A DNA stretch of 64,000 nt, taken from NCBI RefSeq assembly GCF_964213995.1, contig NW_027590175.1, forward strand, positions 248,001-312,000. The letters run 5' to 3'. Source of the DNA: Mustelus asterias. Its lineage: Eukaryota. This document shows, in pieces, positions 11,730 through 25,038 of the stretch (the stretch's first letter is position 1; the number at the start of each line of letters is the position of its first letter). The translations under genes and the position numbers were made by a program. The notes beneath the pieces are model-generated. The model was not told the DNA's origin. It worked only from the letters and a program-made list of their open reading frames with translations, and ran no database searches.

Positions 11730-12016
11730 GTTTATTTATTAGTCACAAGTAGGCTTACATTCAGACTGCGATGAAGGTCCTGTGAAAATCCCCTCGTCGC
11801 CACACTCTGGCACCTGTTCAGAGGGAGAATTTTAGCATGGCCAATTAACCTCACCTGCACATCTTGGGAGTGTGGGAGGAAACTAGAGCTTCCGGAAGAA
11901 ACCCATGCAGACACAGGGAGAATATGCAAACTCCACACAGACAGTGAGCCAAGCCGGGAATCGAATCTGGGTCCCCAGTGCTGTGAGGCAGCAGTGCTAA
12001 CCACTGTGCCACCATG
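11730..12016 (-). mobile_element. tRNA-derived shark SINE (HE1-like), near full length
   Basis: A-box TGGCACAGTGG, B-box-like GATTCGATTCC, conserved body and TAAATAAA tail. Confidence 0.85.
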
Positions 12017-12017
12017 C

Positions 12018-13260
12018 ATTAGTATGAAGTGAAAAGTATTGTTTCTTGCATACCATAGATAGAGGAAGAAAGGAAGAGTGCAGAATGTTGTGTTACAGTC
12101 AGAGCTAGGGTGTAGAGAAAGATAAACTTAATGAAAGGAGGCCCATTCAAAAGTTTGATGGCAGCAGGGAAGAAGCTGTTCTTGAGTCGATTGATACGGG
12201 ACCTCAGAGACTTTTGTATCTTTTTCCCGACGGAAGAAGTTGGAAGAGAGAATGTCTGGGGTGTATGGGGTCATTGATTATACTGGCTGCTTTTCTGAGG
12301 TTGCGGTAAGTGTAGACAGAGTCAATGGTTGGGAGGCTGGTTTGCGTGATGGACTAGGCTTCGGTCATGACCTATTGTAGTTTCTTGCGTTCTTGGACAG
12401 AGCAGGAGCCACGCCAAGCTGTGATACAACCAGAAAGAATGCTTTCTATGGTGTATCTATAAAAGTTGTTGAAAGTCATAATGGACATGCCAAATTTCCT
12501 TAGCTTCCTGAGAAAGCAGAGACATTGGTGGGCTTTCGTAATTGTAGCATTGGCATGGAGGGACCGGGACAGGTTGTTGGTATCTGGTCACCTAGAAACT
12601 CAGCTCTCGACCATTTCCACTGCATCCCTGTTGATGTAGACAGGGGCATGTTCTCCTTTACGATTCCTGAAGTCGATGACTATCTCCTTCATTTTGTTGA
12701 CATTGAGGGAGAGATTATTGTCACCAGTTCACCAGATTCTCTGTCTCATTCCTGTCTCTGTCTCATCATTGTTTGAGAAATGACTCACTGCGGTGGTGTC
12801 ATCAGCAAACATGAAAATCAAGTTGCGGGGGAATTTGGCCACACAGTCATAGGTGTATAAGGAGTATAGTAACGGGCTGAGGACACAGCCTTGTTGGGCA
12901 CCGGTGTAGAGGATGATTGTGGAGGAGGTGTTGTTGCTTATTCTTACTGATTGCAGTCTGTGTGTTCGGAAGTCTTGGATCCAGTCGTAGAGAGAGGAGC
13001 TAAGCCCCAGGCCACGGAATTTGGAGATGTGTTTCGTAGGAATAATGGTGTTGAAGGCTGAGCTGTAGTCAATACATAGGAGTCTGAAATAGGTGCTTTG
13101 TTATCCAGGTGGTTCCAGGGTTGAGTGCAGGGCCAGGGAGGTGGTGTCTGCTGTGGACCTGTTGTGGCAGTAGTGAACTGTAGTGGATCCAGGCAGTCTG
13201 GGAGGCCGGACTGATTTGTGCCATGACTAACCTTTCGAAGCACTTCATAATGATGGATGC
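12018..13260 (-). mobile_element. Rex1/RTE-like non-LTR retrotransposon remnant
   Basis: Degenerate RT ([17 protein letters not shown]-like, KFADDT-like); TTTGA tail at about 11700 separated by the SINE. Confidence 0.75.
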
Positions 13261-14654
13261 ATTCATACATAGAAGATGGACAGAGAAAGGAAAGATTTAC
13301 AGTGCAGAGATCACAGAGAACAATTGTGTTTCACATGATCCAGAATCAAAATGTCGCTTTTGGGAGAATGAGGTGTGAGTTTCTTTGTGTCTCCCAGATT
13401 GCTCCATTTGTTCAGGGGTCAGAGACACTCACAGATTCAGCTATTTCTCCCATTTTAATAATTTTAGAAATAGCTATGAGGATATCAATACATGTTTTCA
13501 AAGAAGTATGCAGTGTGAGGTCCCAGCCCCCTCACCGATGGAAACCCATTCTTGGAGATGGGACAGGTGTGTGGTTGGAAGGGCATCGAGGGAGTGAGAC
13601 CCAGGGTAATGTTCTGGGAACCGAGGTTCAAATCCTGCCACGGCAGGTGGTGGAATTTACATTTAATAAAAGTTTAAATTTGAAAAGCTAATGATGAGCA
13701 AAAAACCATTATTGATTATCATTAAAGCCCATTGGGTTCACTAGTGCTGTTTAGGGAAAAACAAATCTGCCATCTTCACCTGGTCTGGCCTACATGTATC
13801 TCCAGATCTGCAATGTGGTTGAATCTTAAATTCCCTCTGATATGGCACAGCAAGCCACTCAGTTATACCCAACTGGTACAAAGTTACTAAAAAGGTATGG
13901 AAATGGGCAGACCAGGCATAGGCCTTGGCACAGGAAACAGCCTTGTCGACCCTGCAAAGTCAGACTTAGAAAATAAATATTTGAACCTGGTTGTAAACAG
14001 CCTGCTTCAGCATCAGAGTGGGATGGTGTCAGTGTCCACGGGGTGGAGTTTGTAGCGTGGACTGAAGACAATTGTTTCATGTTTCTCACTCTTTAAATGG
14101 AGGAAACTTCTCCTAATCCAGGACAGGATCTCAGTCCAGTCGCGATGCTGTGTGACTTTGAGGTGATGATGTTCACATTCACCTGTGAACCTGGTCTTTC
14201 TAAATGGTGGAGGTTGAGGGTTTGGGAGTTTCTGTCTGGTTGTAGATGTATCCACTCCTTCACCTCTTCTCCTCCCACATCTCTTAATCCCGCCCATCCG
14301 CTGCCTCTTCACATTGAAGCTCTGGTCTTGTATAGGTTCAGACTGGCTCAAAGGTTCCCTTCCCTGAAGGACATTAGTGAACCAGTTGGGTTTTTGTGAC
14401 AATCCATCAGTTTTCTTGGTCTCTTTTTCCCAGTGCCGGCCCCACAAATTACCAGATTCATTCAGCTCAATTTCACAACCTGCCTTTGTGTTTTTGTGGG
14501 TTCTCTCTCACTCTCTTTTTTTTCTTTTTTAAATCAATTTCACAGCATATTCAAAGGTGAGGATTTGCAGTCGGAAAACTGAAACCAAACATCACATCAG
14601 GATCAGACAGAGTCGCCCAATTTATCGTAATATGCGTATCATTGGATTTTGAAC

Positions 14655-15416
14655 ATGGAAGGAAAAAGCACCGCTCACAGTGGGGAGAAACTGTACACGT
14701 GTTCCGTGTGTGGACGAGGATTCAGCCGTTTATCTGGCCTGTCAAAACATAAATGCAGTCACAACGGAGAGAAATTGTGGAAATGTGAGTATTGTGGCAA
14801 GGGATTCAGTTCCCCATCAGAGCTGGAAATTCATCGACGGTGTCACACTGGGGAGAGACCGTTCACCTGCTCCGAGTGTGGGAAGGGATTCACTCAGTTG
14901 TCCCACCTGGTGAGACACCAGCGAATTCACACTGGGGAGAGACCGTTCACCTGCTCTGTGTGCAAGGTGGGATTCATTCAGTCAGCCCACCTGGTGTCAC
15001 ACCAGCGAGTTCACACTGGGGAGAGACCATTCACCTGCTCCGAGTGTGGGAAGAAATTCAGCCGGTCGTTTCACCTTCTGATTCACCAGCGAATTCACTC
15101 TGGAGAGAGACCATTCACCTGCTCTGAGTGTGAGAAGGCATTCATTACATCAACAGAACTGTTGACACACCAGCGGATTCACACTGAGGATAACCCGTTC
15201 ACCTGCTCCAAATGTGGGAAGAAATTCGCTAACTCTTCGAACCTGATCTGCCATCAACGGATTCACACTGACGAGAGACCTTTTAAATGCCCAGACTGTG
15301 GAAAGTGCTTTAAAAGTTTTGGGAACTTGATGACCCATCAACGGGTTCACACTCGAGTCCGTTCAGATGCTTTCACTGTGGGACTGAGTTCAGATAATCA
15401 TCTAATCTCACTGTAA
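14655..15416 (+). CDS. C2H2 zinc-finger protein (ZNF-C), 8 fingers, C-terminus frameshifted
   Basis: ATG 14655, acceptor CACAG at 14545, 8 CxxC..HxxxH units; frameshift at about 15354; AATAAA 15613-15618. Confidence 0.85.
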   Translation: MEGKSTAHSGEKLYTCSVCGRGFSRLSGLSKHKCSHNGEKLWKCEYCGKGFSSPSELEIHRRCHTGERPFTCSECGKGFTQLSHLVRHQRIHTGERPFTCSVCKVGFIQSAHLVSHQRVHTGERPFTCSECGKKFSRSFHLLIHQRIHSGERPFTCSECEKAFITSTELLTHQRIHTEDNPFTCSKCGKKFANSSNLICHQRIHTDERPFKCPDCGKCFKSFGNLMTHQRVHTRVRSDAFTVGLSSDNHLISL

Positions 15417-16177
15417 ACCAGCGAGTTCACACTGGGGAGAAACCATTCATCTGCTTCAAGTATGGGAAAGGATTCAATCAGTCATTCAACGTGCTGACAA
15501 ACCAGCCAGATTGGAGTTTGCTGTTAATCACATCCAGAACTGAACTATATTTATTGGGGTCTGTTGTTAACAATATCCAGTGCAGATTTAGATATTGGTA
15601 TTCTGGGTTAAAAATAAAATAAAAAATCAACTTTGTTTTAATTTTTGAATGACTGCATCTTCATTTGGGAGGCTGGGATTATCCCCGTTTCGAGGGAACT
15701 AAGGAATAGACCATAAGCCGTAGGAGCAGCATTCGGCCATTCAGCCTTCATTATAACAATGATCTCATTGTGATTTCTGCTGGTTGGGAAATGTGCGATA
15801 TTAATGCCAGTCTGTCTTTCTTTAATTATCTTCAGTCCCAGTCCTCTGGTTACTGACCCGCATCAGTGGAACAGTTTCTCCCGATCTGCTCTATCAAACC
15901 ACCCGTCCCCACCCCCATAATCTTGAACAGATCCATGAAATCTCCATTTCAGCTTCTTTGTTCCAAAGGGAACACATTTGGGGGAGGCGATGCCTAATGG
16001 TATTATCGATAGACTATTAATCCAGAAACCCAGCTAATGTTCTGGGGACCCGGATTCAAATCCACATTTTGAAAAAGATGAATAGTGTCTGTGGTACCTG
16101 CTGGATGTGGTGCAGCACATTTCCCAGGACATTGGAGCAGTAATGAATGAGGCCAGGATGACAGAGTCGAAACAACA

Positions 16178-17400
16178 TGGTTACGGAGGCAAATGCCTTC
16201 TGGAAATCCAGATACAGCACATCCACAGGTTCCCCGTTGTCCACTGTGCACGTAATGTTCTCAAAGAATTCTACCAAATTAGTCAAACATGACCTGCCCT
16301 TCATGAACCCATGCTGCATCTTACCAATGGGACAATTTCTATCCAGATGTCTCGCTATTTCTTCCTTGATGATAGATTCAAGCATTTTCTCTACTACAGA
16401 AGTTAAGCTAACCGGCCTATTGTTACCTGCCTTTTGTTTACCTCCTCCTTTAAACAGTGGCATCACATTTTCTCTTTTCCAACCTGCGGAAACCACCCCA
16501 GAATCCACCGAATTTTGGTTAATTACCACTAGTGCATTTGCTATTCCTCCCACCATCTCCTTTAGTCCCCTGGGATGCATTCCATCAGGGCCAGGAGACT
16601 TGTCTACCTTTAGCCCCCATTAGCTTGACCAACACTATCTCTTTCATGATGTTAGTTTCTATGCCCTCACCTGCCATAGCCTTCTTGTCATCAATTTTTG
16701 ACATGCTTTTTGTGTCTTCCACTGTGAAGACCGACACTGAACGCCTGTTCAAATCCTCAGCCATTTCCTCATTTCCTGGTCTGACCAATTGACATGTAGA
16801 TTAAAATCCCTCATGATAATTGCTGTACCAGTTTTATATGCTGTTTATATGTTGTTTATTTCTCGCCCCACTGTGATGTTATAATTTGATGGCCTATAGA
16901 GTACGCCTATCCGTGACCTTTTTCTCCTTTCTATTTCTAATTTCCACCCAAATGGATTCAACCTTTTTTCCATGGAACCTATATCATCTCTCATTACCGC
17001 CCTGACGTCATCCTTAAATACTCTTGAAGAGATGCGTGGATACTGTTTCTGTTAACTTCCTGTCCCTCCAAACAGCCGGATACCCCTGGATATTTAATTC
17101 TCAGTCATGTCCATCCAGCAATCATGTCTCCTCTCTATTAACTTTTTTCCCCTGATTCCCGATGTAGTTGGAACCTTCTCTCCACATGCTAACCTGCTGC
17201 TTTCTTTCTGTTGATCGTTATATTTCCCGTAGTTTTACTCTTCCCTTCCCCCCTAAGTTGTTAGTTTGAAGTCCTTGTGACCACCGAATTTATCCATTTC
17301 GCTAGAAAACTTGTCCCAGATCAGTTCAGGTGAAGACAGTCCCAACGGTACAGATCCCTCCTGTTCCAATACTGATGCCAATACCTCATGAATTGGAACC
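16178..17400 (-). mobile_element. CR1 LINE ORF2 remnant
   Basis: GMHPRGLKE...NNRPVSLTSVV...QHGFMKGRSCLTNL...YLDFQKAF. Confidence 0.85.
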
Positions 17401-18571
17401 TGTCAGCAAAGACTAAAGGTGGGTTGTTAACTAAGCATCAATGCATTTTTAATATAGTTGCAAGTTAAAAACCAACTGCGGCTCAGCTGTTCTTGAGTGT
17501 TGTGTTTTGTTTTGATTTTTTTATGCTTCGGTGACACTCGTTGTTGAGACTGAATTGTTGTTTCTGTTTATCAGTGTGAGCCCGCCCTCTGCTGATCATT
17601 AACTGGAACTCCCAGTCTGGGGTCTCTGTGCGCGGTTCGCTAAATCTCTGTGGGCTCCATGACACAGAAATACACCACGGTGTCAGAAAGAAGAGCTCTA
17701 GTGACATTTAAAGGAAAAGTGTTGTTCCCTTTGTGTAAATTAGCCGACAATCTATCTGGGAAATGTGGAGTCATATCGGTATTGCCAAGCTACATGTCTT
17801 CATCAAAAATCTCAGAGCTTGCCGGGGATACTGGATGTACCTGTACAGAGTTTGAAGAGCAGCAGTCGAGTATTTAAAGTCCAATGTTATGTTCTGTCCT
17901 TCCAGAAACCTGAATTCTGATCGATCTTCAAGCACTGAATCTTTAGCAATTGTCCCTGTCCTATTCCTGCTTCTAGTTTCTATGTTTCCATGTACTAAAC
18001 ATCCAAAAGCAAGAAGAAAATTCAGAGGTTTTGAGGGAGAGCATTTCAGAGATTAAATACTCAAAAGCTAGACATAATCGCTAGACATTAATATCAAAGA
18101 TGCTCAGTAGAGCAGGATTGTAGATACGCTGAGATCTCAGGTAGTTGTAGGAAGTAACAGCGAGGGGAGGGGTGAGACAGTGAAGGTGATTGACAATTCA
18201 AAGGATGAGGATGTTAAAACGCAGACGTTGCCGGACAGGGAGCTAATGCACATCAGCGAGTAGGGGCTTGATATGGGCTTGAATAAAGGCAGTGGGACCA
18301 AATGTTTCGGATAATCTTCCGCTGCACAGTGAGCCCCGTGGATTGATTCAGGAACCAGAGGGCAGAGTGTGTGACGGGGACTGATTGGAATGGTGACTAT
18401 ATTGACACGTTTCACCCACCAGTGGGTATAGAACAAACACCAATAGCTTTGGAAGATTTGTAACCTGGAGCTGGCAAAGGGAATTGTCAGCAAGTATTCA
18501 GATTAGACGGGGCAGTAGCTGGTGTTTGGAGTTTGCGCGGTGATATCTCTCCATGTTTTTATCGCTCACAG

Positions 18572-18865
18572 CCAACATGTTGGTGATTATAATCGTATCC
18601 CGAGGACGTTACGGAATCTCCCGGTGCATCACCTACTACCTGGTGCCGATAGCGATGAGCAATTTCCCGATCATCATCATTGCCGTCACCCTCAACCATG
18701 TCGGCCGCATCTACTTTTCTAACAATGTTCTGTCCACCACCCTGACGAGTGCAGTGGGCATCATACTGGTCTTTGCAACACAGGATGGGTCAGTTTGGCT
18801 GACGGTAGCGTTCACTATCGACTGTTCTGTGATCATCTGCTTCCAGAGCCTGAAGACCAGATGCT
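18572..18865 (+). pseudogene. GPR139/GPR142-like class A GPCR fragment (end of TM1 to TM3)
   Basis: After acceptor CTCACAG (18571): ANMLVIIIVSRGRYGISRCITYYLV...SVWLTVAFTIDCSVIICFQSLKTRC; DRY-type motif decayed to DCS, TM4-7 missing. Confidence 0.7.
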
Positions 18866-19039
18866 TCATTATACTCCATTGTGTCAGGCTATGAGGCAGC
18901 ACAGTCCTGCTCTGTAATGGAAACCCATATGTGAACGTAACGGATTAATAATTGAATAAAGTCAGCAACGTGTTCCCGCTGACTGTTTCGTCAATTGCTT
19001 CTGCCACTTAATATGAAAAGGCAGATGTAGAGGTGTCTT

Positions 19040-19800
19040 TACACAAATGGGATTTATACAGTAAATGGAGAACCCTTAAGAATATTGATAGGCAGAGGGA
19101 TCTGGGTGCATAGGTACACAGGTCACTGAAAGTGGCAACGCAGGTGGAGAATGTAGTCAAGAAGGCATAAAGCATGATTGTCTTCATTGTCCGGGCCATT
19201 GAGTTTAAAAATTGGCAAGTCATATTGCAGCTTTATAGGACCTTAGTTAGGCCGCACTTGGAATATAGTATTCAATTCTGGTCGCCACGATGCCAGAAGG
19301 ATATGGGGGCTTTGAAGAGGGTGCAGAAAAGATTTACCAGGAAGTTGCCTGATATGAAGGGCATTAGCTATGAGGACAAGTTAGAAAAACTTGGTTTAAT
19401 CTCACTAGAACGACGGATGTTGAGGAGCGAACTGGTGGAAGTCGACAAGATTATGAGGAGCATGGACAGAGTGGATAGTCAGAAGCTTTCTCCCAGGGTG
19501 GAAGAGTCAATTAGTAGGGAGCATCGGTTTAAAGCGCGAGGTCAAAGTGTAAAGGAGATGTACGAGGCAAGTTTTTTACACAGAGGGTTGTCGGTGCCTG
19601 GAACTTGCTACGGGGAGGTAGTGGAAGCAGATACGATCGTGACGTTTTAGGTGCTTGTCAAATACATGAATAGGATGGGAATAGAGGGATATAGTCCCCG
19701 GAAGGGTAGGGGGTTTTAGTTCATTTGGGCAGCATGGTCGGTGCAGGCTTGGATGGCCGAAGGGCCTGTTCCTGTGCTGTAATTTTCTTTGTTCTTTGTT
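19040..19800 (+). mobile_element. CR1 LINE 3' fragment
   Basis: LYRTLVRPHLEYSIQFWSP; TTCTTTG tail. Confidence 0.9.
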
Positions 19801-20518
19801 CTTTGGGACACTGGATGGCGCAGCGGCACCTTTACTGAAGTGTCGTCGGGTTGATCAAAATCCAAACAGGATTGATTACAAAGCCCTATCGGTTGAAAGG
19901 GGCGTCGTGAGTGAGGGAGCGTTCGGATTGGAAAATCGAGTGATAAGGTTATGCCGTGGAGCTAAGCATGTAGCAACTTCTGAGTCATTTAATTTGTCAT
20001 TCAAGATTTATTTAAAATTTCACAGAGAACATTTTACAATAAGATACAATTTAAAGTTGACCCCAGGTGAATACACAAACTGAGCGTCACAGTGAGAACA
20101 TAACATTGTCGCCTAAACTGACAATTGTCTACAACTGTAATTAACTAAAGAAAGAAACAACACTTTGCACTGTATGCTAATACTTGTGACAACAATAAAT
20201 CAAATCAAATCAAGAAATCAGGGCCTCCACATAAAAGGCAGTGAATAATTCTCAATAAGAAATAACCACTAACTTACACATTAATTTGAACAATGGTGAA
20301 ACTCCAAATTACAATTATATTGTCGACACGATTATCTCATTCATTTTAAACAGAAACAAAAACGAAATCCAGCTTATATTCTATCTCAGTTATGGATTCG
20401 AATCTGTTCACTGAAGGCACATTAACTTTGAGGATCACAATGATAACGTATTTTTATTCCACAGCACCACACTGTGAACGGAGAGATGGGCGAAAACCAC
20501 AAGATTTCCTAAATTCAA

Positions 20519-20527
20519 TCACCCGAC
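20519..20527 (-). CDS. IGHM: IgM TM2 exon (Val-Gly-stop)
   Basis: Pyrimidine tract TTTCTCTTTTGCAG|GTC GGG TGA; AATAAA at 20458-20453. Confidence 0.75.
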   Translation of the reverse strand, partial: VG

Positions 20528-20669
20528 CTGCAAAAGAGAAATAAAATAATTCAACAGCCATTTTATGTGTTTGAGACATTTATCTAAAGGCTCTTCTAAA
20601 TTGAGACTTCTGGATATTTTTCAAACCTCTCCTATCTGATTCAAATGTGGGTGGATTGAATCATCTCAC

Positions 20670-20794
20670 CTTCACCAGAGTGACGGCAGCGCTGTAGGAC
20701 ATGCTCAGGAAGAACAGGACTATGAATGTCGAAGCAGTTGTCCAGATATTGCTGTTATCATCCTGGTCTTCAATCCAGGTGGATTCTGTGGAAT
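20670..20794 (-). CDS. IGHM: IgM TM1 exon
   Basis: CCCCGTAG|AT..DSTESTWIEDQDDNSNIWTTASTFIVLFFLSMSYSAAVTLVK|GTGAGA; CART-type antigen receptor transmembrane segment. Confidence 0.95.
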
Positions 20795-20994
20795 CTACGG
20801 GGAGAGGGAATACTTTCAGATTTTTTTTCTCGTCATGGATATTATTTTGGTTATTCATTTTCCCTTCTTAAGGTATTATTTTGTTCTCTGATATACTTTT
20901 CAAACCCTATGTGTTATTAACTTAAACGCTTAATAAAATTGTCAATGCATATGTTATTAAATTAATCTCTCTCAGTAATATAATCTACAATTAT

Positions 20995-21530
20995 ATAGGA
21001 CGTTGGTGGGTCCGCACCTGGAGTATTGTGTGCAGCTTTGGTGTTCTTATCTGACGAACAATGTCCTTGCTATAGAGAGAGTAAAGCGAAATTTTACAAG
21101 GCTGATTGCTGGGATGCAGTTCTGTCATATGAGGAGAAATTAAGTCGGTTAAGATTATATTCACCGGAGTTTAGAAGACTGAGAGGGGATCTCATAGCAA
21201 CTTATCAAATTCTAACAGAGTTAGACAGGGTAGATTCAGAAAGGATGGTGGATAAGTCCAGAACTAGCGGTCATGGCTTGAGGATAAGAGGTAAACCTTT
21301 TTGAACTGAGGTGAGGAGAAATTTCTTCACCCAGAAGATGGTGAATGTATGGAATTCACTACCACAGAAAATAGTTGAGGACAAAACAATGTATGAATTC
21401 AAGCCCTTAGGGCTAAATGGATCAAGGTATATGGGGTGGGGCGAGAATCAGGATATTGAATTCGTTGATCAGCCATTTTCAAAATGAATGGCGGAGCAGC
21501 TCGAAGGCGTACACCCGTTTCTAGTTTCTG
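20995..21530 (+). mobile_element. CR1 LINE 3' fragment
   Basis: LSYEEKLSRLRLYSPEFRRLRGDLI. Confidence 0.85.
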
Positions 21531-24500
21531 TGTTACAAATTCCGCACCCGTCCTTCCAATATGTTCCTCATACTGGATTTGAACATATGTATTTGAACAT
21601 ATATTTTATTATTTAACCTTAGGCGATCGTTTAGTCTTGTTTAATTTTGTACCAACTATCAGTAACTAATATTATGAAGACCAAACGACTGAAGATAACT
21701 GACGCGGACTGAGCAACTTGGGTCTACATTCTCTTTAGTTTAGAAGAATGAGAGGCGATAACATTGAGACAAAATAATCCGAATGGGTTTCACAAGTTGG
21801 ACACTGAGATGCTGTTACCTCTGGATGGGGAATTTAAAATAACGGGCGTTTGAATAGGTGTGCTCTCGTTTAGGGCTGAGATGAGGAGACATTCCTTCAC
21901 TTAGGGATATGACTCTTCTGAGTTGACTGCCCTAGAGGACTGTGGATGCCCCATCATTGAATATTTTTAAGGCTGAGGCAGATATAGTTTTGGTTTATCG
22001 GGTAATAAAGGATATGAGAAGTAAGTGGGAACTGGAATAAGAGGCAATATCAGACATCAGCTATTTGAATATTGAAGTAACGCACATTGGACCTCTGGTC
22101 AAGTCGTAGAATTATGGAATTACTACAGTGCTGAAGAGGCCATTCGGTCCATCGAGTCTTCACCGAAATTGGACCTAGCCACCCTATCTCCATAACTGCA
22201 CAATAGTCCCATGGCTAATCCACATACCCTACAATCTTGGGACGCCAAGGGGCAATTTGGCATGGCCAATCTAATTAACCTGTACATTTTTGGACTGTGG
22301 GATTAAACGGGAGCTCCTGGAGGAAACCCATGCAGGCACGCAAACTCCGCACAGGCAGCCACCCAATAATGGAATTTAACTTGGGTCCCTGGAGCTGTGA
22401 GGCAGCAATGCTAACAATTGAGCCACCAAGCTGCCCTGATAGTATTTATTTTGCTCTTCGAATCGTCCTGGATGATTTTAGAGATAACTTCAGACAGTTA
22501 TTCATTGAGGTACTGTAAATGATGATCGATAACAGATGGAAAGAATTATACTCTTTGTTTGTTTGGATTTGGCAGTTAATTTATTCACGTCAGTTTCGAA
22601 AGGAGAACATGGTTTTAGGCTTTGATACAGCAGCACGGACCCCTTAGTAAAAACAACTGAATTTTAATTTTCCTGAAAGCCTTCCATTTTTGTTTGTGCT
22701 TTAGCCTCTGTATATGTGCAAATGGGGATGTACTGATCTGTTTTAATCTTTGTTTGTGTGCCCCTGTGTGTGAGAATGTGTTACGTTACCGTGATGTCGA
22801 TATAAATATGTTTGAAAGAGATATGTTGACGTTTTTTGTCTTGTAGTCAGAGGACAATGGCACAAACATCAAACGCAAATGGAGCAATAATTAATACTTC
22901 ACGAGAAAACAGTACATGTTGGTTGACAAGTGGACTGTGATTAGTGGAGACATTCCATGATGAATGTACCAGTTAAACGTTGACTGAGAGTGAACTGCCA
23001 AGCTTTGTTTAAGTTCAGAGCAGACACATTCACAGTAATTGGTCAAGTTATTGCCCTGAGAAAGGAATCAGATCTTGGCTGTCTCCTATTTTGTTCAGAT
23101 GATACAAACACAATGTCTGTATGTGTTATTTATCTCTGCAAAGAATAGGGTGTTGTGCTTTAATGCATGCAGCTTCTCGCACAGTTAGATGCATTGCATT
23201 CGCCACTCTCTCCCTAAGAATTATAAATTGCTGTTCCCGTGATAGTTGTTATTCCTGTGAAGAGCCTGGGGAATGCAAGATGAAAAGCTTAAACATCTTT
23301 CTTTTTCAGCGATATTCAATTTCTGTTCTGCCATATAGATATCGAAATTAAAGTATGTTTTATTTGGAAATTAAGTCTATCATGTGGATATGTTGACCAT
23401 GTGTGTATTTTAGTGTTTATCCATCTCTATGAATTAATGTGTGTGTTAATGTGCCGTCTTCTGTGTGTACCCCTTTTCACTGTGAGGGAGTGAATATTTA
23501 TTGGTGAGTTTATGTGATGGGTCAGAGAATCCGTTGACCTGTGTTTATGGAAGGATGTTAGAGTTTGTTAATGCATGTGTATGAGTGGTCACCCGTGTCA
23601 ATGTTTATGATAGTCTTAATTGGAATGCTTTAGTTTTAATTTGCGAGGGGGCATGGGTTATTAATGTTTATGTTTGTATTTTCTTCTGGTCTGTGCTGTG
23701 TTTGTGGAGATGTATATGTGCGTGTTTATCTCTGTTTCTGTGTGTCTGACAGTACGTGAACATCATTATTATTGCTCCAAGTTTTACTAAATAAACCGAA
23801 CCGGAACTGTCCCTGTCAGACGATATTAATGGAATATTCGCCTCTTTCTGGGAATTCATGTGGTGTAATGTGAGCTGCAATGTGACAACAAGCTGAATGA
23901 AAGAAGCATTTCAATCAGCAGTCCTCAGAACATCAGGGATAGAACGGGAAAAAGCCAGAAGAATGCAAACACCAGTGAAGTTTTCGGCTGTTAGTATTTA
24001 ATACATCATACCATTAGAAACTTTGAACCAATATAAACTGAGTCCACAGAAATAGGGAGCGGTGCCTTTCCACTCTGTCTCCTTGGCGAGGCGGAGTATA
24101 ATGGGTTAACCATCGCCCTTTCCCCTCTCTCTGTTGGCACAGTGAGTTTAATGGGTAAACAATTGCTCTTTTCCCCCTCTGTCGGGTAGGTGAGTGGGGA
24201 CAGTGAGTTAAAAAATCAATTTTCTCGCCTCTCTATCAGGCGAGTTGATGGAGGATTGATTGAACAGCCTCGTGCCCTATCTGCGACTGGGGATGAGAGT
24301 TTCCGTTGTTATTCTTGTGTCGCTCTGACTCCAGTCCCCACTGGGTGCGATTCTGCAACGAAGAAATGATCAAAACTTTGATGGGATTGACGAGTCGTCT
24401 ATATTTAAAAGTGAATCATTTGTTGCTCGGAATTAGAACGTTTTCGCATCAACCAGTAACTGGATGAAATTTGCTGAACTTACTCAGGGTAATCACTGAA

Positions 24501-24584
24501 TTAATTCGCGCCAATCCACCTTAATTCTGTACTCTATCTCAATTTGGAGCGCTGGGTCTCTAAGATTGAGGTTTATTTTTTATG

Positions 24585-24876
24585 GCTTTTTTTATTAGTG
24601 TCACAGTAGGCTTACGGTAACACTGTGATAAATTTTCTGTGTAAATTCCCTAGTCGCTACATACCGTTGCCTGTTCGGGTACACTGGGGAAGAACCTAGC
24701 GTGGCCAATGCATCTAAAAAGCACGTCTTTCAAACTATGGGAGGAAACCGAAACAGTCAGAGGAAACCCACGAAGACACGGGGAGAATGTGTAAACTCCA
24801 CACAGATAGTCACCCAAGCCAGGAATCCAACCCAGGTCCTTGGTGTTGTGAAGTAGTAATGCTAACCACTGTGCCA
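24585..24876 (-). mobile_element. tRNA-derived shark SINE (HE1-like)
   Basis: Same head and core as the other copies. Confidence 0.8.
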
Positions 24877-25038
24877 TAGGGAGGCAAGACACTGGTAAGT
24901 ATCTGCTGTCGGAGGAGCATTTATGCCCATAGCTAACAGAGGAATCAAAATGAATTAGCAGGTTGGATGTTTAACTCATAAGCAGATGAAAAAAGCTTTA
25001 TTATTTTTCTTGCAGCTCGAAATATAACCAATAAATTC

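Noticed and set aside
11960-12016. tRNA genes at SINE heads
   Set aside because: A/B boxes run straight into SINE bodies; no complete cloverleaf.
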